Below, piece by piece: positions 48,301 to 58,000 of a stretch of DNA of 64,000 nt. The position numbers and the translations under genes were made by a program. Source of the stretch: an uncultured delta proteobacterium (GTDB lineage: Bacteria; Myxococcota_A; Polyangia; Polyangiales; Houyiibacteriaceae); the NCBI GenBank assembly GCA_963792825.1, contig CAWBXS010000005.1:320407-384406 (forward strand), read 5' to 3'. Under the pieces are notes generated by a model that saw only the letters and a list, made by a program, of their open reading frames with translations, was not told where the DNA came from and made no database searches. How positions within the stretch are numbered: position 1 is the stretch's first letter; every line of letters begins with the position of its first letter.

Positions 48301-48608
48301 TATCCGCGTTCGTCCTTGTGGACCTTGACGACATTGGGGCCGTCGGTCTTGCGAATGGTCGGTGCCGAACCCGGTGGGGGCGTTTCTGGCCGTTGGTAAG
48401 CCGCGGGCATTTCGGAGGCGGGTGGCGGCGCGAAGTCGTCGCCCGGTCGCGTGGGTGCGCCGGGTGGTGGGGGTGCGCCGGGCGGTGGGGGCACGCCGGG
48501 CGCCGTGGGGCCGCCTGACGGCGTCGGCACCATCGTCTCTTCTTCGTACTGCTGTGCACCGGCGACTGCGGACCACAACACGAAGAGGATCACGATGGCA
48601 ATTCTCAT
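45294..48608 (-). CDS. Clan GH-A (GH2/GH158-like) TIM-barrel fused to a putative outer-membrane beta-barrel
   Basis: Signal peptide, Pro-rich linker, LLGNENNY and YTEFGSD; ~600-aa C-terminal region of amphipathic strands ending WEIKTYVQFVY. Confidence 0.8.
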   Translation of the reverse strand: MRIAIVILFVLWSAVAGAQQYEEETMVPTPSGGPTAPGVPPPPGAPPPPGAPTRPGDDFAPPPASEMPAAYQRPETPPPGSAPTIRKTDGPNVVKVHKDERGYQLLVDGKPTMVFGMNWDYMPIGQNYTYDFWGKPDEVIIQALDAEMRWLKDMHVNVIRQYVTALGGIPPRWITYIYEKYGIYTVINHDMGRYGMNIDGVWVNPVDYSDERFRALIKEQITELAARYKDTPGLLMWLLGNENNYGLYWKSSEIEDLPEESQGDARATFLYSLMGEVTDLIHSLDQNHPVSMANGDLGFLEVIKKECPNIDVFGTNVYRGMSSGDLFERVDKELGRPLMYTEFGSDAFNAKTGREDQVAQAQYLRSLWQEIYEQSYGKGRVGNAIGGMIFQWSDGWWKYQQEINLDKHDTTASWSNQAYLSDWVEGQNNMNEEWFGIAAKGKPNVDGIYTVYPRAAYYLLQDAFTLDPYASDTSIEKIRQHFGRLGPRSYDDAESRLTELGWARVSKLRVDFDTYTTGGRQLNNPLREETRFDHTESFYVGVEVKPFAGVRAEVVVNGLGNVALNPINEIFYENRGIPVGIVDESGVVRDLTGFNRFQVYEASFDWDSKYFLLESFFRGEGHYHWGYEGDFFGLYPEVHQQYDIDIYNANAPLGVVFSGKDKVDGLKVAYGPQLWWGANPTVMGKYYRVFGDFKFAVMHQEDIAQQASGIASSVIPQPKSRKSTLYFGYASRRVTLELGGITARSNFIGDAYQTARQADGPTYLDSGYYIRNHTVDFADTLGGKAKLTLNAAPVFWYVQGGYRGLVSDAGADQTMTITGWSLKESGQGNHWAVSTGLGYYAGKFVIGPNFLVQRPLEGPLPVIPDLFDPVTGTYYPGVKGRNQLEDPFWVRSNRETYGLELLLGFDPTPATQLWAWDNLEREDAKFSAALDFVYKILPTAQDSAVAINQDLILFAFLTSAPARNLWDVSLRTVTNFTYKMRLVNWIYVGQGQANGDSPRTVTRFGTYGWYKYGTFNINYHLKFNDWGPYDYYKDFNLTFPLQAMLDFSYAVEPPRMYAPASTRFGVRGQFRNLDKFSGRYLIDPRNPGRKGREWEIKTYVQFVY

Positions 48609-49984
48609 GCCGCCTGGTCTCCTGGAAGCTCGTTGCTTTGGATGATGCGGCGGTACATGTGCCCCGATGCCTTGATGATTCGCTCTTGGGTTTCGAAGTC
48701 GACCCAGACGATACCAAATCGCTTCGAAAAACCGAACGCCCATTCAAAGTTGTCGAGGAGCGACCACAAAAAATATCCGTGCAGGGGAACCCCCGCGTCG
48801 ATCGCCGCGAGGCATGCATGCACATGGCGTCTCAGGTAGTCACACCGACGCGTATCCTGCACCAACCCGTCCAGCCCCGGTCCCGTCGAATACGCCGCCC
48901 CGTTCTCCGTCACGACCAAGGAGCCGGGCCTGTAATCAGAATGCAAGCGCGATAGCGTGCGAGTGAGGCCTTCGGGGTGGACTTCCCAGCCCATGTCCGT
49001 CAGCTCGGCGGGGTCAGGGAGCGGAATGCTTCTCGGCTCGTTCTCAGCCTCGGGAATCGTCGCGCTCCGCACGACGGCCCGGCTGTAATAGTTTACCCCC
49101 AAGAAGTCGATCGGCGTTCGTATCTCCTTCAGGTCATCCGTGCGCACGAAATCCATGCCACCGGGCAACCTGCCTTCACGCTCGTGGTACTCGACGACGT
49201 CCTCCGGATAGCGGCCGAAGTAAATCGGATCGAGGAACCAACGGTTGAGCTCGCCATCGAACTGCCGGGTCGCGATCCGGTCCGCCTCACTTGGAGACGC
49301 TGGCTCGCATTCGGACGCGTTGAGCGTCAGGCCCACTCGAGCGCCCGGGGCATTGCGCCGAATCACCGGCACAGCCCACCCGTGGCTCAGCAACAAGTGA
49401 TGCGAGACGACCAAGGCATCATGCCAGTTGGTGCGACCCGGCGCTTGCGTCCCAAAGGCGTATCCAAGCATGCTCACACACCACGGTTCGTTGTGAGTGA
49501 TCCAATGCTGGACGCGATCCCCCAGATGTTCGCTCACGACATCGGCCAGCTCGACGAATGCGTTTGCAGTCGCGCGATTGGTCCATCCGCCTTCGTCTTC
49601 GAGCGCCTGCGGCAAGTCCCAGTGATAGAGCGTGACCCACGGTGTGATCCTCGCCTCCAACAACCGGTCCACCAGTCGGTCGTAGAAATCGAGGCCCGCC
49701 CGGTTCACCGCTCCACGTCCCGTCGGAAAGATTCGAGGCCAGGCGATGCTGAATCGGTACGCCCCTACGCCGAGGAACTTCATCAATGCGACATCCTCGT
49801 CGTAACGGTAGTAGTGGTCGCAGGCGACGTGGGCGTTGCTTCCGTCCTCGATGAGCCCGGGTCGCGCTGCATACGTGTCCCAAATCGACCGCCCTCGGCC
49901 GTCAGTCTCGTGGGCTCCCTCGATTTGGAAGGCCGAGGTGGCAACACCCCAGACAAAGCCACTGGGAAAGACTTCACCGGTCAT
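48605..49984 (-). CDS. GH1 beta-glucosidase
   Basis: WGVATSAFQIEG, YRFSIAWPRI, THNEPW, VTENG, WSLLDNFEW. Confidence 0.95.
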   Translation of the reverse strand: MTGEVFPSGFVWGVATSAFQIEGAHETDGRGRSIWDTYAARPGLIEDGSNAHVACDHYYRYDEDVALMKFLGVGAYRFSIAWPRIFPTGRGAVNRAGLDFYDRLVDRLLEARITPWVTLYHWDLPQALEDEGGWTNRATANAFVELADVVSEHLGDRVQHWITHNEPWCVSMLGYAFGTQAPGRTNWHDALVVSHHLLLSHGWAVPVIRRNAPGARVGLTLNASECEPASPSEADRIATRQFDGELNRWFLDPIYFGRYPEDVVEYHEREGRLPGGMDFVRTDDLKEIRTPIDFLGVNYYSRAVVRSATIPEAENEPRSIPLPDPAELTDMGWEVHPEGLTRTLSRLHSDYRPGSLVVTENGAAYSTGPGLDGLVQDTRRCDYLRRHVHACLAAIDAGVPLHGYFLWSLLDNFEWAFGFSKRFGIVWVDFETQERIIKASGHMYRRIIQSNELPGDQAA

Positions 49985-50030
49985 GGAACGGTTCTCCAAC
50001 GAATGCCGGGCTGTGGCGCAGACCCGGCCG

Positions 50031-50077
50031 TTTGTTCGATTGACGAACGAAGTATCAATTCCGACCAAGACTGTCAA
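50031..50077 (-). promoter_or_regulatory. Promoter (TTGACA-17-TACTTC) overlapping a ROK-type operator
   Basis: TTTGTTCG-N5-CGAACGAA at 50031-50051; TTGACA at 50077-50072. Confidence 0.65.
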
Positions 50078-50111
50078 GCGCGGTACGGGCCGCCGAACCG
50101 GGCCTCATTCC

Positions 50112-51596
50112 CTAGGGCTGGGCTTCGAACGCGCCGACGTCACAGGCCGAGCCCACACCCGCCGGACGCGGCTCGCCGCGCTGGTCCACGGTCAATGGCT
50201 CCCCGGTTCCGTCGACGCACTCCGCTTCTGAGATTCGGTCCAGAGCGACGCTGTTGCCGAGTAGCGCGTGGGTCCTCGTCGGTCCGCCGTTGTCTTCCAG
50301 CGGACCCAGGCTCAGTTGAGCTTCCGCAGGCCGATCGGTCTCCTGGTCGAAACCGCACGTGTTCGCGGGACTCTCGATGTTGTAACCGTCAGAGTCCAGC
50401 GGCGATCCCGCGCAGTCGCCCTGCACCAACGTGTTCTTGATCAATCGTCGGTCCGCGTTGGACGTCCCGGGATCATAGATGGCGCCTGCGGTAGGCGCTA
50501 CGTTTCCCGCCATCGTGCTGCTTGCGATCAGCACATCGCCGCCGGTGTACATGCCACCCCCCGTGTCTGCCGTGTTCGTCGACACGGTCGTGTTCAGGAG
50601 CTCGGCCGCCGCGCCGGCCGGATTGAAAATGCCTCCGCCCGCGGCGGCTGCCGTGTTTCCCGACAAGGTGCTGCTGGTCACCTCGAGTGAGCCGGCCTCA
50701 TTGGCAATGCCGCCACCGCTTTGGCCGGCCATGTTGTCGCCTACGGTGCTGTCGATCAGCGTAAGCGTCTCGAAGTTCAAAAGGCCGCCACCGTCGAAGC
50801 CAGCAGAGTTCCCGAGGACACTGCTGTTGATGAGTGTTGGCGCCCCCCGGTTGTAGATGCCGCCGCCCCAGTCCGCGGTGTTTCCAGACACGGTGCTGTT
50901 ACGCATCGTCAGCGTCCCGGAGTTCCATATCCCGCCGCCGCCGCTGCAAACGACGGTGCCAACGCCCCGGCATCCTGCCGCGGAGCTCGTCCTGACGTCG
51001 CTGTCGATGAGAGTCAGGTTGCCCCCGCGATTCGCCAGGCCGCCGCCAAAGTGTGCTGAGCTTTCCGACACCACGCTGTTCATCATCGTCAGCGTCCCAG
51101 CGTTCCAAATCCCACCGCCTTCCAAACAAAGCAACGCAAGGTCGTCAGTTCTGCAATCACGGTCATCGCCCGTGGAGCTCCCGGAGACGGTGCTGTTCTG
51201 TAGCGTCAGGGTTCCGTCATTCCGAAGGCCTCCGCCGTTCTCATCGGTTCGGCGCCCGTTGGTCACGGTCAGCCCGATCAGCTCCGCCGTCACACCTTCC
51301 GGCACAGAGAACACACGATGTGCCCGATTTCCGTCCACCGCGAGATCGCCGCCGCCGTTCAACGCGACGTCGTTGTCGATGACAATCTCGCTCCTGGTGA
51401 CGACCGTGGTGGGACCATCGCAGTCGAACGTGTAGGTTCCCAGACCTTCGGCGATGGCCGCCCGAATGCCACCCTCGCTACACGGGCATACCTTCTCTAC
51501 GCACTGGACGTCGGCATCGCTCCCGGCGTCTCCGCAGCTTGCAGCCAACAGTACGGCGAACCAGGCGATGTGATGAAGTCGAGCTAAGGAACGCAC
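50112..51596 (-). CDS. Beta-helix repeat (Pmp-like / choice-of-anchor Q) lipoprotein
   Basis: Repeated N.A..GGGI.N.G.LT..NSTVSGN; C-terminal LGPLEDNGGPTRTHAL...DQRG...CDVGAFE. Confidence 0.88.
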   Translation of the reverse strand: MRSLARLHHIAWFAVLLAASCGDAGSDADVQCVEKVCPCSEGGIRAAIAEGLGTYTFDCDGPTTVVTRSEIVIDNDVALNGGGDLAVDGNRAHRVFSVPEGVTAELIGLTVTNGRRTDENGGGLRNDGTLTLQNSTVSGSSTGDDRDCRTDDLALLCLEGGGIWNAGTLTMMNSVVSESSAHFGGGLANRGGNLTLIDSDVRTSSAAGCRGVGTVVCSGGGGIWNSGTLTMRNSTVSGNTADWGGGIYNRGAPTLINSSVLGNSAGFDGGGLLNFETLTLIDSTVGDNMAGQSGGGIANEAGSLEVTSSTLSGNTAAAAGGGIFNPAGAAAELLNTTVSTNTADTGGGMYTGGDVLIASSTMAGNVAPTAGAIYDPGTSNADRRLIKNTLVQGDCAGSPLDSDGYNIESPANTCGFDQETDRPAEAQLSLGPLEDNGGPTRTHALLGNSVALDRISEAECVDGTGEPLTVDQRGEPRPAGVGSACDVGAFEAQP

Positions 51597-52212
51597 TAAC
51601 TATCTCCCGGTTCATGAGCCGCTCCACGCACCGCAAATGACGGAGAGCGCAAAACCACGCGGCAACTCCTGAGTACTTTCCGGACAGAATGAGTTAGGAC
51701 GCGCGCCGCGTCGAGTGGGCATTCGGGCAGAAGGGGACGCAACTTCGAACGGGGGCTCTCGTTCGCAGACATCGACCAGGGGCGGCGAGGTCGGTGCGAT
51801 TGGGTCTCGCAGGGCATTCGCCGTCCCGGAGGCAGGTTGGCGCTTTTCGGACATGCGGCTCTCGGCGATGGGCAACGTCGCAGCCGAGCCCTTCGTCGTC
51901 CGAGGTTACTGAGGTCACGATCAAAGGCGGCTCTTCCTTTCAGTTTGGCGCGCTCAATTACCGTGAGGCTCTGTTGGCAAGATCGCTGAACGTCCCCAGG
52001 CCCGGCGCGTTTCGTCCCGGAGCGGCTGTTTTTTGTAGACAAAACACCAACACATCGGTGTATGGCGCTGTGCGATGCTTCGAGCGCCTCGAGGCGCGAG
52101 CGTTTGCCTACCCCGTCGCTCACCCAATTGGGGCATCTCTACGATAATCGTCACGTCCCATTCACTTGGGGGTTGATCTTCCAAATTGTGTTGGGGTATT
52201 GAGAAGCCCTTG

Positions 52213-52235
52213 GTTTGTTCGTTGTCCGAACAAAC
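52213..52235. promoter_or_regulatory. ROK-type operator (perfect palindrome)
   Basis: GTTTGTTCG-N5-CGAACAAAC, 65 bp upstream of ATG 52301. Confidence 0.7.
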
Positions 52236-52300
52236 GAAGCAAGCCATCAACCGCTGCTTGAGAAGCGGAACGCGTGAAAACCCCACAAGGAGAATTAGAC

Positions 52301-54911
52301 ATGTCACTGACACGATTAGCAGGTTCAGCCCTGCTGTCCTGCGCGGCCTTTGCCGTCGCACTTACAGGCTGTAGCTCGGAGCAATCCGAAGCGGGTATCG
52401 GCAACGTCGATATGGCCGTGACGCTGGCGACCCCGCCGTCGGGGCCGAACGAGCAGATCGATACGGTCGACGTCTCGTTTTACTGCGAAGGGAGTCGACC
52501 CGGTGCTCGGTGTACCGCGTCCTCCGCAGAGCTCACCTGAAACGTTCACGATCAACACGTCCACTTCGCAAGGACCGGAGCCGAAGAACACGATCGGCTT
52601 GTTTGAAAAGCAGGGTCTTCCCGCAGGACCTTGCCACTTCGATTTCTCGGCCGTGTCGAATAGCGGAAACACGGAGTGCACGGGCAAGCTCACGCTCGTG
52701 GTCGCGACCAACGCGACCACCTCGGGCGAAGTGGTCTTGGCCTGCATTCACACGCCGCGATATGGCGGCGTCCGCCCGGACGGCACGTTCAACCAGTGCG
52801 CGGAGTACCGGCAGATCCTCGTCAGCCCGACGACGCAAGCCATCGGCAATCTCGTCGACGTTCGGACCGAGGTTTATGATCCGGACGGCGATCCGGTGAC
52901 GGTCCAGGTGACGACCGCGGGCGCATGCGGCAACGTTCAGAGCAGCAACGGCACGACGGCCGCGAGCTGCACGACGGTCAGTGGATGCGAGGCGGTGGTC
53001 AACACCGTGGAGTGCACCGACGTGGGGCTTTGTGAAATCATCGTCGCCGTGTCCGATGACGGCTTTGGCAGCTGCACCGGCTTTCTGCCCAACGGCAACA
53101 ACAACAACGCAGCCCGCTCGACCATCGCCGTCGACTGTACGGTGGCCTCAGGATGCGGCAACGGACAGCTGGAGCCCGGCGAGGACTGCGATCCACCCGA
53201 CGGCATCTTCTGTGACGACAACTGTCAGGCGATCGACCCTTGTTCGCCCGACCCCTGCAACCAGGGCAACGTGTGCAGCCCCGAGGTGTGTTCGGCGGAT
53301 GCCAACAACCAGCCGCTTTGCACGGCTGACCCCGGCTCTGCAGCGGGCAACGCCTGCTCGCCGCCCGCAGGCGGGACCTGCGACGGTCAGGGCAACTGCG
53401 TGGCCTGCACGCTGGACAGCGACTGTGAGGACAACAACGCCTGCACCGACAACGCGTGCGTCGCCGGAGCGTGCGTCTTCACCAACGACGACACCAACCA
53501 GTGCACGACGGGCGGCCTCCCCGGCACCTGCAACGCGGGTAGCTGCGAAGGTCTTTGCACCGGCGTCACCTGCACGAGCTCGGTCGAATGTGTGACCGAG
53601 GTCTGTGATCCGGCCGATGGCCAGTGCAAGCCGCAGAATGACGGCATCAACACGGGTTGTGACCTCGGTGGCAGCCCCGGCGTGTGCGACGGCCAGGGTG
53701 CTTGCGTCCAGTGCAACATCGATGCGCAGTGCGCGAGCGGCGAGAGCTGCGTCAACAACGTGTGTGAGGGAGTGGTCATTGCTTGCCTCTACGAGCAAAA
53801 CTTCGAGGCGCTCACGCCAGGGGACCCACCCGACCCTGCACCGAACTCGTTGTCCGAGGATGGATGGTTGGTCGGCGCGAACGTGTTCGGGCCAGACGGC
53901 ACCACGTTCCTGTACAACTACTTCGCGTTCCCTGCTCCGAACGGGGGCCCCGCATTCTCTGCAGTCGCTGTAGGGGAAGGCGGTCCCGACCAAGGTGCAC
54001 AGCAACTGTCGATCTATAACGACTACAACAACGCGGATCACGGGGCCGGCAACATCATCGAAGCCATCGTGTTCCGTCAGCGCACCATCGAAGCCAGCGA
54101 TGTCGGAACGACGATCGTGTTCACATTCGATGCGAAGAAGGGCAACATCGTCCCGCCCACGACCGCCGCGGCGTTCATCAAGACGATCGCTGGCACGAAC
54201 ACGACCAACGCCCTGTTCGTCGATACGACGAACCTTCCGGCCACCTGGAATACCTTCACGATCAGCTTGCCGATCATCACGGACTTGGTCGGCCAGGTCT
54301 TGCAGATCGGCTTCCAGAGCAGGGCAACCAACTTCAACAGCTCCGGAATCTTCTACGACAACATCACCCTCGGAGTCGAAGGCTGCGGTGGTGGCGGTGG
54401 CGGTCCCAGTGGTGAGCTCACCAACAATGGGGACTTCGAAACCGGTGACACCACTGGTTGGCAGTTCTTCGCCAACGATGGAACCTTCAACGCTACCCAG
54501 GCTCAGTCGAATGGCGGAGCGTGGTCGGGTAACCTGGTCGCCAGCGTTCCCGCTGGCGGGGGTCCACCCTCCTTCCCGGTCATCAAACAAGCCAACATCG
54601 GCATCGGGACCGTGCAGCCGAACAGCTCGTGCAACATTTCGTTCGACCTGTTTGGATCGGTCTCGGGAGCTGGCGGTGTGTTCTTTGCCGAGTTCTTCTC
54701 CGAGCTCAGCGGCGGTGGCGTGTCCAGTAGCGTCATACTCGGCGGCGGCCCGCTGTTTCCGAATGGAACTTGGACCAACTATGCCTTCACCACGCCCACG
54801 GGCAACGACGTCAGCGGCGGTGTCACACTGCAGCTGAAGACCGACTGCGGAGCCAACCCAGGCTGCACGGTCGATGCGTTCATCGACAACGTCTCGGTCA
54901 TCTGTCTATAG
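52301..54911 (+). pseudogene. Frameshifted Cys-rich lipoprotein (locus-specific domain + CBM4/9-like C-terminus)
   Basis: RBS AAGGAG, lipobox LTGC; extra G at 52490-52492 (GAAGGGAGTC vs GAAGGAGTC in the paralog). May be a sequencing error. Confidence 0.75.
52386..54400 (+). repeat. ~2.0 kb near-identical direct repeat, copy 1
   Basis: Matches 55135-57148; about six differences seen by eye. Confidence 0.95.
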
Positions 54912-54927
54912 CCCCATAGGGCACGAC

Positions 54928-54967
54928 GGAGCCCCCCTCCGATCACCGATCGGAGGGGGTGGGCTCC
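54928..54967 (+). terminator. Strong hairpin between the paralogs (terminator or mRNA stabiliser)
   Basis: CCCCCTCCGATC-ACC-GATCGGAGGGGG; no U-tract. Confidence 0.55.
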
Positions 54968-55061
54968 ACACCTCTGATGCGGCGACGCCAACAGGCGCAA
55001 CCAAGAAACCCCGGCGCGACCTAGCTTTTCTTGATGCTCGTGTGATGAAAGAGGCGACTCC

Positions 55062-58000
55062 ATGAGATACGTATCGGCGCTATCCACAACCGTCATGCTT
55101 GCTGTCGCACTTGCGGGCTGTAGCTCGGGCCAACCCGAAGCGGGTATCGGCAACGTCGATATGGCCGTGACGCTGGCGACCCCGCCGTCGGGGCCGAACG
55201 AGCAGGTCGATACGGTCGACGTCTCGTTTTACTGCGAAGGAGTCGACCCGGTGCTCGGTGTGCCGCGTCCTCCGCAGAGCTCACCTGAAACGTTCACGAT
55301 CAACACGTCCACTTCGCAAGGACCGGAGCCGAAGAACACGATCGGCTTGTTTGAAAAGCAGGGTCTTCCCGCAGGACCTTGCCACTTCGATTTCTCGGCC
55401 GTGTCGAATAGCGGAAACACGGAGTGCACGGGCAAGCTCACGCTCGTGGTCGCGACCAACGCGACCACCTCGGGCGAAGTGGTCCTGGCTTGCATTCACA
55501 CGCCGCGATATGGCGGCGTCCGCCCGGACGGCACGTTCAACCAGTGCGCGGAGTACCGGCAGATCCTCGTCAGCCCGACGACGCAAGCCATCGGCAATCT
55601 CGTCGACGTTCGGACCGAGGTTTATGATCCGGACGGCGATCCGGTGACGGTCCAGGTGACGACCGCGGGCGCATGCGGCAACGTTCAGAGCAGCAACGGC
55701 ACGACGGCCGCGAGCTGCACGACGGTCAGTGGATGCGAGGCGGTGGTCAACACCGTGGAGTGCACCGACGTGGGGCTTTGTGAAATCATCGTCGCCGTGT
55801 CCGATGACGGCTTTAGCAGCTGCACCGGCTTTCTGCCCAACGGCAACAACAACAACGCAGCCCGCTCGACCATCGCCGTCGACTGTACGGTGGCCTCAGG
55901 ATGCGGCAACGGACAGCTGGAGCCCGGCGAGGACTGCGATCCACCCGACGGCATCTTCTGTGACGACAACTGTCAGGCGATCGACCCTTGTTCGCCCGAC
56001 CCCTGCAACCAGGGCAACGTGTGCAGCCCCGAGGTGTGTTCGGCGGATGCCAACAACCAGCCGCTTTGCACGGCTGACCCCGGCTCTGCAGCGGGCAACG
56101 CCTGCTCGCCGCCCGCAGGCGGGACCTGCGACGGTCAGGGCAACTGCGTGGCCTGCACGCTGGACAGCGACTGTGAGGACAACAACGCCTGCACCGACAA
56201 CGCGTGCGTCGCCGGAGCGTGCGTCTTCACCAACGACGACACCAACCAGTGCACGACGGGCGGCCTCCCCGGCACCTGCAACGCGGGTAGCTGCGAAGGT
56301 CTTTGCACCGGCGTCACCTGCACGAGCTCGGTCGAATGTGTGACCGAGGTCTGTGATCCGGCCGATGGCCAGTGCAAGCCGCAGAATGACGGCATCAACA
56401 CGGGTTGTGACCTCGGTGGCAGCCCCGGCGTGTGCGACGGCCAGGGTGCTTGCGTCCAGTGCAACATCGATGCGCAGTGCGCGAGCGGCGAGAGCTGCGT
56501 CAACAACGTGTGTGAGGGAGTGGTCATTGCTTGCCTCTACGAGCAAAACTTCGAGGCGCTCACGCCAGGGGACCCACCCGACCCTGCACCGAACTCGTTG
56601 TCCGAGGATGGATGGTTGGTCGGCGCGAACGTGTTCGGGCCAGACGGCACCACGTTCCTGTACAACTACTTCGCGTTCCCTGCTCCGAACGGGGGCCCCG
56701 CATTCTCTGCAGTCGCTGTAGGGGAAGGCGGTCCCGACCAAGGTGCACAGCAACTGTCGATCTATAACGACTACAACAACGCGGATCACGGGGCCGGCAA
56801 CATCATCGAAGCCATCGTGTTCCGTCAGCGCACCATCGAAGCCAGCGATGTCGGAACGACGATCGTGTTCACATTCGATGCGAAGAAGGGCAACATCGTC
56901 CCGCCCACGACCGCCGCGGCGTTCATCAAGACGATCGCTGGCACGAACACGACCAACGCCCTGTTCGTCGATACGACGAACCTTCCGGCCACCTGGAATA
57001 CCTTCACGATCAGCTTGCCGATCATCACGGACTTGGTCGGCCAGGTCTTGCAGATCGGCTTCCAGAGCAGGGCAACCAACTTCAACAGCTCCGGAATCTT
57101 CTACGACAACATCACCCTCGGAGTCGAAGGCTGCGGTGGTGGCGGTGGTCCTGGTATCGAGGTGCGGCCCCTGCCGGAGATCTACACGACCGGCACGGCG
57201 ATCAACTACGGTCCGTATCGGGCCGGGGGACCGGGCACCGGGGAATTCCCCAGTGACGCTGACATCCTCGAGGACCTCGGCCTGCTGCAAACCGCCGGCT
57301 ACAACCTAATCCGCCTGTTCGGCGCAGACCCGGTGCACGAGAGGATCCTGCAGCTCGCCGAGGCGAACTTCCCAGAAATGCGGTTCCAGCAGGGTCTAAA
57401 CTTGGAGGGCCTTTCGGGCGCCGCTGCCACGAACTGCGATAGAGCGAGCAACGACTCCCAAGTCGCAACTGCCATCCAACTGGCCAACACCTACTCCAAC
57501 GTCGTCACGGTCAGCGTCGGCAACGAGACATCGTTCTTCGCCGGGTTCATGCCGTTGAACTGTCTCGAGGGGTATATCACGCAGACTCGAGACAACGTGG
57601 TGCAGCCGGTCACGGCCGATGACGACTATACCTTCTACGCGAACCTTTTCGGCAGAAGCCCAGACGGGGTCCTGCGGCTCATCGACTTCGTGTCCATTCA
57701 CACGTACCCGTTCCTCAATTACCAGCAATGGGACTGGAAGCAGGAAGGGGTGCCGGCCGGTCCTCTGCGGGCGGAAGCCATGATGAACGCCTCGCTCGCC
57801 AAAGCCCAGCAGAACTACCAGTTGGTCTACGACTACCGGTACCGCAATGCGTCGGGGGTGACCGTCACCGTCGGTGAGACGCGGCCGATCGTCATCGGCG
57901 AGACCGGCTGGAAGTGGCGGCAAACCACGCCAAGCCAGGAAATCGAGACCTACGCGGCGAATCCCGTGAACGCCAAGTGGTACAAGGACCTGATGCAAAC

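Noticed and set aside
36935-48530. Short tandem repeats as CRISPR or VNTR elements (near 36940, 41860, 43890, 48450)
   Set aside because: No unique spacers or cas genes; they encode in-frame Gly/Thr or Pro linkers.
51715-51760. GGGACGCAA resembling part of a c-di-GMP-I riboswitch
   Set aside because: The GGCAAAC/GAAA P2 elements and pairing were not found.
52386-57148. The 2-kb repeat as a mobile element
   Set aside because: No transposase, terminal inverted repeats or target duplication; it is lipoprotein coding sequence.
53148-57290. Long minus-strand ORFs 53148-54590 and 55896-57290
   Set aside because: Antisense shadows of the Cys-rich lipoprotein genes.
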